The notes beneath the pieces are model-generated. The model did no database searches. It saw only the letters and a program-made list of their open reading frames with translations, and was not told the DNA's origin. A stretch of 64,000 bases of DNA from an uncultured Candidatus Rokubacteria bacterium (lineage in GTDB: Bacteria; Methylomirabilota; Methylomirabilia; Rokubacteriales; DASRDR01): assembly GCA_963708025.1 (NCBI GenBank), contig CAVPSB010000012.1, forward strand, positions 160,001 to 224,000. Direction: 5' to 3'. Each line of letters opens with the position of its first letter. The first letter of the stretch is position 1. A program made the translations under genes and the position numbers. This document shows positions 40,314 to 49,508 of the stretch, piece after piece.

Positions 40314-42773
40314 ATGGAGGAGGGACCCATGACCAGGCCACCACGCGGCTCGAACCCCTGGGACGCCTGCGCGCGTTTCACGGCCGGCCTCGCGAGACCC
40401 GTAGACCGGCGGACCGCCCTGGCGGGGCTCCTCGGCCTCGCCTGGGGAACCCGGGCCCTGGCCCAGACGCCGGCCCCGGGCCAGGCGCCTCCCGGCCCGA
40501 GCGGGGCGGCCGGTACGGGGGCCGCCCCCGACTGGCCGAAGGTGGCCAAGGCGGGAGCGGCGACGATCTCCATCTATCTCCCGCAGGTCGACTCCTGGGA
40601 CGGCCATCGCCTGGAGGCCCACGCCGCGGTCAGCATCACCCCGTCGGAGCACGACGCCCCGGTGTTCGGCGTCCTGGCGGTCGTCTGGGACACCGAGGTG
40701 GACAGGGGCGCGCGCACGGTGACCCTCGACGGCCTGCGGATCGCGCGGGTCACGTTTCCCTCGGCCCCTGACAAGGAGGCGACCTACAAGAAGCTCCTCG
40801 AGGAGCAGGTGCCCAAACGGGTCCGCACGATCGAGCTGGACCGGCTGGAGGCGGCGCTGGCGACGATCGAGGCGCGGGAGAAGGGGGAGAAGAAACCCCT
40901 CCGGAACGACCCGCCCCGCATCGTGTTCTCGAAGACGCCGGCCATCCTGATCCCGATCGACGGCGCCCCGGTCTACCGTGCGGTGCCGAACACGCTCTAC
41001 ACCCGGGTGATCAACACCCGCCCGCTCGTGCTGAAGGACGGCGCCGGCACACACTACCTGCGCCTCTTCGACGGCTGGATGACGGCGCCGGCCGTGACGG
41101 GGCCCTGGAGCGTCGCCCAGCGACCTCCGACCGACCTCGACTTCATCATGCAGCTGGTGGCCAAGAGCGGCAGCGTCGACCTCCTGGAGCTGGCCGACCC
41201 GAAGGACTCGCAGGACCGGCCGTCCCTGGCCAAGGGCCCGGTCCCCGCGATCCTGGTCGCGACGGAGCCCACCGAGCTGATCGTCACCCAGGGGACGTCC
41301 ACCTACACGGTGATCGAGGGCACCCAGCTTACCTACGTGTCGAACACGACCGGCCACGTCTTCTGGCACCGGGGCGAACAGCAGACCTACGTGCTCGTCA
41401 GCGGGCGCTGGTTCCGCGCCCCGTTCACGGACGGCCCGTGGACCTACGTGGCGGGCAAGGACCTGCCGCCCGACTTCGCGAAGATCCCCGACGACAGCCC
41501 CAAGGAGAACGTGAAGGCGTCGGTCCCCGGCACGCCGCAGGCGCAGGAGGCGGTGATCGCCAGCACAATCCCCGAGACCGCGGCGATCAAGCGCAGCGAG
41601 GTGAAGCTGCCGCCCCCGACGTACGACGGCGGCTCGCCCCAGCTCGAGCCGATCGAGGGCACGCCGCTGGCCTACGTGGTGAACAGCCCGTACCCGGTCA
41701 TCCAGGTGAGCCCCACGAGCTACTACGCGCTCCAGAACGGGATCTGGTTCGTCGCGCCGACCCCCCAGGGCTTCTGGGAGACCGCGACCTCGGTCCCACC
41801 GGTCATCTACTCGATCCCCCCGAGCTCGCCGCTCCACTACGTCACGTACGTCTACGTCTACCGGGCCACGCCGACCGTGGTCTACGTCGGCTACACGCCC
41901 GGGTACTACGGCACCTACGTGTACGAGGACGTCGTGGTCTACGGCACGGGCTACGTCTACCCGGCGTGGGTCGGCACGGTGTACTATCCGGCCCCGGTCA
42001 CCTACGGGTACGCGGTGGCTCCGACCTACACGCCGTGGACCGGCTGGGTCATGGGCTTCGGCTTCGGCCTGGCGTTCGGGGCGGCGACCGCGGGATGGGC
42101 GTGGGGCTGCTACCCGGCGTGGGGTCCATACCGCTACAGCTCCGGCGCGGCGGTGGGACGCTACGGCGCCGCAGCCTGGGGGCCCGGCGGCTGGGCGGCG
42201 ACCACCGGGAACGTTTACCATCGCTGGGGCGACACGGCGGCCGTCACCCGCCACTCGTCCGGCTTCAACGCCTGGACCGGGAACGCGTGGGCGGGCTCGG
42301 CCGGCATGTCGTACAACTCCCGCACGGGCACCGTGGCGGCGGGACAGCGATCGGCGGTGGGCAACGCCTACTCCGGCAACTGGGCCGCCGGCAGCCGTGC
42401 GACTGCCGTGAACCCGCGGACGGGCCAGGCCGTCACGGCCGGGCGGGTCGCGGGCGGCAACGTGTACTCCGGCACCGGCGGCTCGGCCGGCTACGTCCGC
42501 GGCGAGTCCGGCGGGGTGGCCCGGGTCGGCAACGACGTCTACGCCACCCGCGACGGCAACGTCTACCGCAACACCGGGAGTAGCTGGGAGCAGCGCAGCG
42601 GCGGGGGCTGGAGCGGCACGTCGGCCCCCAGCTCGGTGAGTCGCGACGCGCAGGCCCGGTTGACCGGCCAGGCGCGCGTGAACAGCTATAATGCCGCGGG
42701 CGGGGCCTCCTACTCGGGAGGCTCCCGCGCCGGCGGCGGGGGTTCCCGGGGCGGCGGCGGCCGGCGCCGGTGA
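40314..42773 (+). CDS. Large secreted hypothetical protein with Tyr-rich and Gly-rich C-terminal regions
   Basis: RR-containing signal-like N-terminus, YLPQVDSW, NDPPRIVFS, GRWFRA, VVYGTGY, DVYATRDGNVYR and an RGG tail; consistent GC3 bias. Confidence 0.8.
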   Translation: MEEGPMTRPPRGSNPWDACARFTAGLARPVDRRTALAGLLGLAWGTRALAQTPAPGQAPPGPSGAAGTGAAPDWPKVAKAGAATISIYLPQVDSWDGHRLEAHAAVSITPSEHDAPVFGVLAVVWDTEVDRGARTVTLDGLRIARVTFPSAPDKEATYKKLLEEQVPKRVRTIELDRLEAALATIEAREKGEKKPLRNDPPRIVFSKTPAILIPIDGAPVYRAVPNTLYTRVINTRPLVLKDGAGTHYLRLFDGWMTAPAVTGPWSVAQRPPTDLDFIMQLVAKSGSVDLLELADPKDSQDRPSLAKGPVPAILVATEPTELIVTQGTSTYTVIEGTQLTYVSNTTGHVFWHRGEQQTYVLVSGRWFRAPFTDGPWTYVAGKDLPPDFAKIPDDSPKENVKASVPGTPQAQEAVIASTIPETAAIKRSEVKLPPPTYDGGSPQLEPIEGTPLAYVVNSPYPVIQVSPTSYYALQNGIWFVAPTPQGFWETATSVPPVIYSIPPSSPLHYVTYVYVYRATPTVVYVGYTPGYYGTYVYEDVVVYGTGYVYPAWVGTVYYPAPVTYGYAVAPTYTPWTGWVMGFGFGLAFGAATAGWAWGCYPAWGPYRYSSGAAVGRYGAAAWGPGGWAATTGNVYHRWGDTAAVTRHSSGFNAWTGNAWAGSAGMSYNSRTGTVAAGQRSAVGNAYSGNWAAGSRATAVNPRTGQAVTAGRVAGGNVYSGTGGSAGYVRGESGGVARVGNDVYATRDGNVYRNTGSSWEQRSGGGWSGTSAPSSVSRDAQARLTGQARVNSYNAAGGASYSGGSRAGGGGSRGGGGRRR

Positions 42774-42814
42774 CCATCGGACCGACCGGAATCCGGACGA
42801 AGGAGAGTCAGGCC

Positions 42815-43279
42815 ATGCGGAGCATGCTCGCGGCAGCAGTGCTGGCGGTCCTGGTCCTGCCGGGAGGGTGCGCGACGACGCCCGGGGGCATCGCGGTCCC
42901 GGCGGCGGACGTGGACGCGGTCAACCAGGTGATCCAGTCCCAGCGGGTGGCCTTCAACGCCCGGAACCTGGACGGGCTCCTGGTGGCCATCGCGGACGAC
43001 GCCAAGGTCGTCTCGCTGCCGGTGTTCGGATCGGGTCGCGGAAGCGACGACGCGCAGGTGTCGAAGGTGCAGTACCGGACGGACATGGCCGCGCTGATGG
43101 CGCGGGGCGACCGGACCCTGCTCGAGCACGCCCAGTGGAACGTGTCGTTCGCCGACCCCACCCACGCGACGGCCATGGGGCAGGTCCAGGTGGGCGAGCG
43201 CAAGGCGGACTTCATGTACAAGCTCGAGAAGCGCGCGGGACGCTGGATGATCGTCGAGTCGATGGTGATGCGGAAGTAG
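42815..43279 (+). CDS. Lipoprotein, probable SnoaL/NTF2-like fold
   Basis: AAGGAG RBS, lipobox-like PGGC, AFNARNLDGL and the LEKRAGRWMI terminal strand. Confidence 0.65.
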   Translation: MRSMLAAAVLAVLVLPGGCATTPGGIAVPAADVDAVNQVIQSQRVAFNARNLDGLLVAIADDAKVVSLPVFGSGRGSDDAQVSKVQYRTDMAALMARGDRTLLEHAQWNVSFADPTHATAMGQVQVGERKADFMYKLEKRAGRWMIVESMVMRK

Positions 43280-43409
43280 GCGGGCCCCGAGGGATCTTCG
43301 GGGGGATTCCGCGCCCCCCGATGACCCGGCCGGGACGAGGCTTCCGTCCCGGCCGCCCGCTCCAGCCGAGGAACGTGCCCGCGAGGCGTCTCACGCGCTG
43401 GCCGGTCGC

Positions 43410-43622
43410 AGCTTCCGAGACCCGGAGCGCCGGGTCGGCCACGACCCGGGCCAGCAGGGCGCAGTAGTCCACCACCATCGCCGCGATCGTTTCCCGATCG
43501 TGCCGGTACAGCTCGCTGTCCTGGTGAAACCACCCGCCGGTGCCAGACCGCGAAGTCGCCGTACTGGAATGCCGGCTCCGGCAGGGGCGACGGTTCACCG
43601 CGGGAGAAGGCCTCGTAGCGGT
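43410..43622 (-). pseudogene. Remnant of an NRPS condensation domain
   Basis: RYEAFSRGEPSPLPEPAFQYGDFAVWHRR and, in another frame, DRETIAAMVVDYCALLARVVADPALRVSE. Confidence 0.6.
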
Positions 43623-43736
43623 CACGGCGTCCAAGCGCAGGTCGATTGGAGCAGCCGGGTCGGTCACGGGGCCGGTCAACGCGCCGCCGCCTCGAGGTCG
43701 GCGCTCACGGCCTCATGGTCGCCCATGGCCTGCCCC

Positions 43737-44246
43737 CTAAAGATCGATCGAAGGGCTCCCGGTCCAGGCCTGCGCCGCCGCCTGGATGGCTCGGACGATG
43801 TGCTCGTAGCCGGTGCAGCGGCAGAGGTGACCGGCCAGCATCTCGCGGATCTCGGCCTCCGACGGGGTCCGGTTCTCCTCGAGGAAGGCGTAGGCGCCGA
43901 GCAGGATGCCCGGCGTGCAGAAGCCGCACTGAAGCCCGTGATTAGCCCAGAAGGCCTCCTGGAGCGGGTGGAGCCCGCCGCCGGCCGGGGCCAGGCCCTC
44001 GACCGTGAGGATCTCCGAGCCATCGACCTGCGCCGCCAGGACGAGGCAGCTCCGGACCGGCGCCCCGTCGAGGAGCACCGTGCAGGCGCCGCAGACGCCG
44101 TGCTCGCAGCCGACGTGGGTGCCGGTGAGGGCGAGGTCCTCGCGGAGGAAGTCGGCCAGGCTCCGCCGCGCCTCCACCGTCCGCTCGTGCGCCCGGCCGT
44201 TCACCCGGACCCCGACGGCGCGCGCCTCCGTCGCCAGGCGGCTCAC
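43737..44246 (-). CDS. [2Fe-2S] small subunit (CoxS/CutS family)
   Basis: [20 protein letters not shown] and GHLCRCTGY; the GTG start overlaps the upstream stop. Confidence 0.93.
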   Translation of the reverse strand: MSRLATEARAVGVRVNGRAHERTVEARRSLADFLREDLALTGTHVGCEHGVCGACTVLLDGAPVRSCLVLAAQVDGSEILTVEGLAPAGGGLHPLQEAFWANHGLQCGFCTPGILLGAYAFLEENRTPSEAEIREMLAGHLCRCTGYEHIVRAIQAAAQAWTGSPSIDL

Positions 44247-45112
44247 GCTCCCCATCGCGTGACGGCCAGCGCGAGCGCCCGTCGCGTCAGCACCCCGGCG
44301 ACCTGACGGCGGTACTCCGCCGACGCGTGGAGATCCGCGTCGGGGCGGAGGGTCTCACTCACCAGGTCGGCAGCGCGCCGGAGGCGCTCCGCCGTCGGCG
44401 CCTGCCCCGCCAGCTCGCGCTCGGCGGCGCTCGCCCGGATGGGCGTCGACCCCACGCCGAACAGGCTGATCCGCGCCTCGCGCACAGTCCGGTCGGGCCC
44501 CGGCTCGACGACGACCGCCACGCCGGCCAGGGCGAAGTCGCCGTGGCGGCGGGCGATCTCCAGGAACGCCCAGCCGGCCGCGGGGGAGGGGAGGCGAAGG
44601 CGCACCTCGGTGAGCACCTCGTCGCCACGGAGCGCGGTCGTCATCAGGTCCTGGAAGAACTTCGCCCCGTCGATCGACCGATCGCCCCCGCGGCCCCGGG
44701 CCACGACCTCGCCTCCCAGCCCGACGAGAATCGCCGGCAGCTCCGCCGCGGGATCGGCGTGGGCGAGGCTGCCCCCGATGGTGCCGCGGTGCCGGATCGG
44801 CGGGTGGCCGACGAAGCCGAGGGCCTCGGCCAGGAGCGGGCACCGCGCCCGCACCGCGGCGTCCTTCTCCAGGCGTCGCTGGCGGGTCATGGCGCCGACG
44901 CGGAGGACGTCGCCGTCGAGGGTGACGCCGTCGAGCCCGGCCACCCGGTTGAGGTCGATGACGACCGCGGGGCGCACCAGGCGGAGGTTGAGGAGCGGGA
45001 CCAGGCTCTGGCCCCCGGCGAGGAGCCGGGCCTCGTCGCCGTGCTCGGCCAGGAGCGCCACCGCCTCGTCCACCGACCGGGGGTCGGCGTAGGCGAACCG
45101 GACCGGCTTCAT
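44243..45112 (-). CDS. FAD-binding medium subunit (CoxM/CutM family)
   Basis: LAGGQSLVP, IRHRGTIGGSLAHADPAAE, RRHGDFA and ASAEYRR motifs. Confidence 0.93.
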   Translation of the reverse strand: MKPVRFAYADPRSVDEAVALLAEHGDEARLLAGGQSLVPLLNLRLVRPAVVIDLNRVAGLDGVTLDGDVLRVGAMTRQRRLEKDAAVRARCPLLAEALGFVGHPPIRHRGTIGGSLAHADPAAELPAILVGLGGEVVARGRGGDRSIDGAKFFQDLMTTALRGDEVLTEVRLRLPSPAAGWAFLEIARRHGDFALAGVAVVVEPGPDRTVREARISLFGVGSTPIRASAAERELAGQAPTAERLRRAADLVSETLRPDADLHASAEYRRQVAGVLTRRALALAVTRWGA

Positions 45113-47463
45113 CGGGGTCGCGCCCCGCCGTCGCGGATCAGCGCGAGGACCCGCGACGGGTGGAGGGGGGTCGTCGTGACGCGCGCGCCGAACGGCGCCA
45201 GCGCGTCCTCGACGGCGTTGGCGATGGCCGCCGGCGCCCCGATGGCGCCGCCCTCGCCGAGACCCTTGATCCCCAGCGGGTTGCGCGGCGAGGGGTACTC
45301 GAGGCGCACCGTGGTGACCGACGGGACCTCCATCGCGGTCGGGAGGAGATAGTCCATGAGCGTCCCGGTGACGAGCTGACCCTGCGCGTCGTAGACCATC
45401 TCCTCGAGGAGCGCTCCGCCGAGGCCCTGGGCGACGCCGCCTCGGATCTGGCCCTCCACCACCAGCGGGTTGATCACGCGCCCGCAGTCGTGAGCCACCA
45501 CGTAGCGGAGCAGCCGCACGGCGCCGGTCTCGGGGTTGACCTCCACCACCGCCGCGTGCACCGCGCTCGCCCACGTCTGGCCCGGCACGTGGTGGTAGGC
45601 GGCGGCCTCGAAATCCGGCGTCCCGTGTCCCGGCCCGGCGAGGGTGGGGAGCGCCGACGTGACGACGCGGGAGAGCGTCACCGCGGAGCCGGGGACCCCG
45701 CGCACGAAGACGCGCCCGTCCTCGACTTCGAGGTCCTCGGCCTTCGCTTCCAGCAGCCGCGCGGCGACGCCCAGCAGCTTCTCGCGGACCTGCCCGGCCG
45801 CGGCCGCGATCGCGTTGCCCGCGGTGACGGCGCTCCGGCTGGCGAAGGTCCCGATCCCGAAGGGAACCTGCCCGGTGTCGCCGCCGGTCACCGTGACCGA
45901 CGCCAGCGGGACGCCCAGGGTGTCGGCGGCGATCTGGGCGAAGGTCGTCTCGTGCGCCTGGCCCTGCGAGCAGGCGCCGGTCGCCACGACGACGCCGCCC
46001 GACGCGTCGAGACGGACGACAGCGCCCTCGTACGGCCCGACGCCCGTGCCCTCCACGTAGGCGCCGAGGCCGACGCCCCGGTAGACGCCGTCGTGGCGGA
46101 GCCGCGCCTGCTCCGCCCGGACGGCGTCGTAGTCGACCGCCTCCAGCGCCCGGGCGAGCATCGCGGGGAAGTCGCCCGAGTCGTAGACGAGCGGGGAGGC
46201 GTCCCGGTCGAGCAGCCCGGCGTCGTACGGCATCTCACCGGCCGGGATCAGGTTCCGGCGGCGGACCTCGGCGGGGTCCAGGTGGAGCTCGCGCGCCACG
46301 CGATCGATTGCCCGCTCCATGACGAACGCGGCCTCCGGGCGGCCCGCCCCCCGGAACGGGGAGTTGGGCGTCTTGTTGGTGACCACCGCGTCGGCCGTGA
46401 ACGCGAAGTTCGGGATCCGGTACGGGCCGCGGAGGTGGGAGACCGTGATGTAGAGGAGCTCGATGCCCCACGGGTTGTAGGCGCCCTGGTCGAGCAGGAC
46501 GCGGTCCCGCAGCCCGAGGATCGTCCCGTCGCGCCGGGCGGCGATCTCGAGGTCGTGCACCTGGTCCCGCGCGTGGGCGGCCGCCTGCATGTGCTCGCGC
46601 CGGTCCTCGATCCACTTCAGCGGCCGGCCCAGCCGCGCGGCGAGGAGCGGCACCAGGACGTCCTCGGGGTAGAGGAGGGCCTTGGTGCCGAAGCCGCCGC
46701 CGACGTCGGGGATCGTCACCCGTACGCGATGGGCGGGGAGGCCGAGCACGGCGGCCAGGGCCGCCTGGACGAAGTGTGGGATCTGGTGCGACGTCCAGAC
46801 CGTGAGGGAGCCGGCCGGTCCGTTCGGGTCGGCCACGATCCCGCGCGGCTCCAGCGGCATCCCGACGTGACGTTGGATGCGGAACCGCTCGCGGACGACG
46901 ACGTCGGCCGTGCCGAAAGCGCCGTCCGGGTCGCCGATCGAGTGGGCGAAGTGGACCGCCACGTTGTCGTCCCACTCCGGGTGGACTCGAGGCGCCTCCG
47001 CCGTTAGCGCGGCCTCGGGATCGACGACCGCCGGCAGCGGCGCGTAGTCGGCCTCGATCAGGTCGAGGGCGTCCTCGGCCAGGGCGCGGCTGTCGGCGAC
47101 CACCGCCGCCACCGGCTCCCCTACGTAGCGGACCCGGTCCCGGCAGAGGAGGTCGGGGGTGGCGTGCCTGACCGTGAAGGCGATCCGGGAGGTCAGCCGG
47201 GGCGGCGCGATCTCGGCGTCGAGCGGGGGCACCCGGGCGCGCTCGCCGAGATCGGCGTGCGTGAGGACGGCCAGGACGCCGGGAAGCCGGCCGGCCGCCT
47301 CGGTGTCGAGGCGGCGGATCCGGGCGTGGGCGTGAGGGCTGCGCAGGAGGGCCACGTGCGCCATGCCGCCGAGCGCGATGTCGTTGACGTAGCGTCCCCG
47401 GCCGGTCAGGAGCCGGGGATCCTCCCGGCGCCGGACGGCGGCCCCGAAGTATCGCGCGCCCAC
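45109..47463 (-). CDS. Molybdopterin large subunit, xanthine dehydrogenase/CoxL form II-like
   Basis: RREDPRLLTGRG, DVGGGFGTK, active-site loop PFRGAGRPE, SQGQAHET and GIKGLGEGG. Confidence 0.93.
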   Translation of the reverse strand: MGARYFGAAVRRREDPRLLTGRGRYVNDIALGGMAHVALLRSPHAHARIRRLDTEAAGRLPGVLAVLTHADLGERARVPPLDAEIAPPRLTSRIAFTVRHATPDLLCRDRVRYVGEPVAAVVADSRALAEDALDLIEADYAPLPAVVDPEAALTAEAPRVHPEWDDNVAVHFAHSIGDPDGAFGTADVVVRERFRIQRHVGMPLEPRGIVADPNGPAGSLTVWTSHQIPHFVQAALAAVLGLPAHRVRVTIPDVGGGFGTKALLYPEDVLVPLLAARLGRPLKWIEDRREHMQAAAHARDQVHDLEIAARRDGTILGLRDRVLLDQGAYNPWGIELLYITVSHLRGPYRIPNFAFTADAVVTNKTPNSPFRGAGRPEAAFVMERAIDRVARELHLDPAEVRRRNLIPAGEMPYDAGLLDRDASPLVYDSGDFPAMLARALEAVDYDAVRAEQARLRHDGVYRGVGLGAYVEGTGVGPYEGAVVRLDASGGVVVATGACSQGQAHETTFAQIAADTLGVPLASVTVTGGDTGQVPFGIGTFASRSAVTAGNAIAAAAGQVREKLLGVAARLLEAKAEDLEVEDGRVFVRGVPGSAVTLSRVVTSALPTLAGPGHGTPDFEAAAYHHVPGQTWASAVHAAVVEVNPETGAVRLLRYVVAHDCGRVINPLVVEGQIRGGVAQGLGGALLEEMVYDAQGQLVTGTLMDYLLPTAMEVPSVTTVRLEYPSPRNPLGIKGLGEGGAIGAPAAIANAVEDALAPFGARVTTTPLHPSRVLALIRDGGARPR

Positions 47464-47479
47464 GAGGGTCAGCTGGCGT

Positions 47480-47605
47480 GCGCCGTGGCCGAGACCCGAG
47501 CAGCCCTAGGACGCAGGGAGGAGGCGGGCCGAGGCGTATGCCTCATACGTTGAGGCCCGCCGACGACCGAGGACGACGGGATGCGACGGGTATCGGCCAC
47601 GGCGC
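47480..47605. repeat. Dispersed structured repeat family B
   Basis: Terminal IR GCGCCGTGGCCGA/TCGGCCACGGCGC; CTAGGACGCAGGGAG and CGACGACCGAGGACGACG are identical to the 31159 copy. Confidence 0.8.
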
Positions 47606-48706
47606 TCAGACGTGGGCGAGGACGGCCACCACGCCGCCGCCCGGCGGGCCCTGGTGCTCGGCCCCGGCCGAGACGTAGCACATCGGATCGCCGGTCACCG
47701 AGGCCACGACGGCGTTGACGGCGCCCCGGATGTGGCGCGTGTAGCCCACGTCGGAGTCCTCGAACATGACGTGGCGGCGTCCCCGCGTCGCCCCCGAGCC
47801 GTCGGGCTCGCACTTCACGAAGACGTTGACGAGCCGGGCCCGGTCGCCCTCGGCCAGCTCGCAGTCGACCCCCAGCCCGGCCTGGCGCAGCGCCTGGCGG
47901 ACGGCCGGCGCGTCCAGCGCGTCCCGCATGACCGTGTGGGTGATCACCAGGTCGCTGGTCGACCGCGGGGAGTTGCCCATGACGATGATCTCGCAGTTCA
48001 TCAGCTCGATCCCCGAGGACGTGGAGGCGACGTCCGAGGCGAGGCCGAAGTCGGCGAGAATGGCGGCCGCGCCCAGCCGGCCCGCTGGTACCTCGCCGGT
48101 GGCCAGCCCGATCCCCAGCGCGGCGGCCGCCCGCCCGTACGCCATCGACTTCCCGGTGTCGGTCGTGACGACCTCCCGCCGGCGCCCTCGCGCCGCGGCG
48201 ATCCGCTCGGTCGTCAGCGCCCCGGTCTTGATCTGGACGAAGTGGATGTCCTCGGCCGCCTCGATCCCGGCGTCCTTGATCGCCGCCCGCACGCCCTCGG
48301 CCGCCACCTCGGCGTGGGTGAGCGTGCCGAACTCCTCGGGGAGGAGGTCGCGGGTGTAGCCGGTGCCCACGGTGAAGCGCTTCTGGCCGGACGGCGTCGC
48401 CCGGTCGGCCTCGCGGACGAAGATCGTGGCGTGCGGGCTCATGAGGCCCTCGGTGCCGCCCGACCAGATGATCGGCACCCGCTTGGCGATCTTCTCCACG
48501 GGGGCGCCGGATCGCTGGGAGAGGAGGAGCTGGAAGCAGAGGGTCGCCAGGCCCCGCGTGTAGTCGTTCACCCCGCCGTTCCCCTCGGTCTTCCCGAGGA
48601 TGGCGACGACGTCCTCGGCCCGGAAGGCCTTCTGGTCCAGGAGCCGGGCCGCCTCCGAGACGTCCTCCGGGCTCCGCATCCCCACCTTGAACGCGCTGGT
48701 CTTCAT
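47606..48706 (-). CDS. Ring-opening amidohydrolase (barbiturase/cyanuric acid hydrolase AtzD family)
   Basis: GKTEGNGGVNDYTR, SGGTEG..SPH, FVQIK, SSGIE and YVSAGAEHQGPPGGG motifs. Confidence 0.92.
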   Translation of the reverse strand: MKTSAFKVGMRSPEDVSEAARLLDQKAFRAEDVVAILGKTEGNGGVNDYTRGLATLCFQLLLSQRSGAPVEKIAKRVPIIWSGGTEGLMSPHATIFVREADRATPSGQKRFTVGTGYTRDLLPEEFGTLTHAEVAAEGVRAAIKDAGIEAAEDIHFVQIKTGALTTERIAAARGRRREVVTTDTGKSMAYGRAAAALGIGLATGEVPAGRLGAAAILADFGLASDVASTSSGIELMNCEIIVMGNSPRSTSDLVITHTVMRDALDAPAVRQALRQAGLGVDCELAEGDRARLVNVFVKCEPDGSGATRGRRHVMFEDSDVGYTRHIRGAVNAVVASVTGDPMCYVSAGAEHQGPPGGGVVAVLAHV

Positions 48707-48794
48707 GCCGGTCCTCCTATGCGGCCAGCTTCACTCTCGTGCAACGGGAGCTCTTCTGGTACGGGCGTGCACCGGCGACGCCAGCCTCACCCAT

Positions 48795-49217
48795 CTAGGG
48801 AGCGGCCGGGTCCAGCGGCAAGAGGCCGGCCCTCACGAGCCCGCTGTCCAGGATCGTCCGCAGGTCGCGATCGCGCGCCAGCACGCGGCAGTCGTTCTCC
48901 TCGGCGATGGCGGCAATCACGCAGTCTATGGTCGAGCGCACCGTTCGTCCCCTCTGGCGCAGCGACCTGTAGACCTGAGCGGCCCGGAAGTAGAGGTCGA
49001 TGCCGGAAGGCTCGAGAAAGGTGAGTTGCGCGAACAGGGCACTGATCTCGTTCCGACCCTTCTCGCGACGCAGACCCTGGAATACCTCGGCCACGACGAT
49101 CCCACACGTGCAGAGATCATCCTCGCCTTGAATGAGCCTCACCAGGGCCGACCGTTCCGGAGAGGCATGACCATTCAGGAAATCAACCCACACCGACGTG
49201 TCGACCAGGACTCTCAC
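48795..49217 (-). CDS. vapC: VapC PIN-domain toxin
   Basis: VLVDTSVWVDF, AEVFQG, TIDCVIAA and ARDRD motifs. Confidence 0.9.
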   Translation of the reverse strand: MRVLVDTSVWVDFLNGHASPERSALVRLIQGEDDLCTCGIVVAEVFQGLRREKGRNEISALFAQLTFLEPSGIDLYFRAAQVYRSLRQRGRTVRSTIDCVIAAIAEENDCRVLARDRDLRTILDSGLVRAGLLPLDPAAP

Positions 49218-49420
49218 CGTCGTTTCGGGTCCCGCTTCCTGAGATCGTCCAGGTTACCCTCCCATCGAATCCGACCCGCGAACTTGAGCAGTCCCCGCAG
49301 CCTTCGGCGGCGCGCATATTCCCGGAGCGCCTCGTTGATCACGTCGGTCTTCGTCTTGCCCCGGGCATGCCGCATGGCGCCCGCAAGGGCCTTGTGATCC
49401 AGGTTGAGCGTGGTTCGCAT
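49214..49420 (-). CDS. vapB: VapB antitoxin
   Basis: MRTTLNLD...TKTDVINEALRE...WEGNLDDLR; overlaps vapC by GTGA. Confidence 0.88.
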   Translation of the reverse strand: MRTTLNLDHKALAGAMRHARGKTKTDVINEALREYARRRRLRGLLKFAGRIRWEGNLDDLRKRDPKRR

Positions 49421-49427
49421 GTCTGCC

Positions 49428-49467
49428 TCTGCATGCAGATCATAGTCCGACGGGAGGTGGATGACAA
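49428..49467 (-). promoter_or_regulatory. vapBC promoter and palindromic operator
   Basis: TTGTCA-N17-TATGAT (49467-49439) and a perfect palindrome TCTGCATGCAGA (49428-49439). Confidence 0.65.
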
Positions 49468-49508
49468 GGCAGAGCCCATCTGTCGTCGCGGCCTTACGTC
49501 GGATGGCT

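Noticed and set aside
36356-47463. Bona fide aerobic CO dehydrogenase (form I CoxL)
   Set aside because: The active-site loops read PYRGAGR and PFRGAGR, not AYRCSFR.
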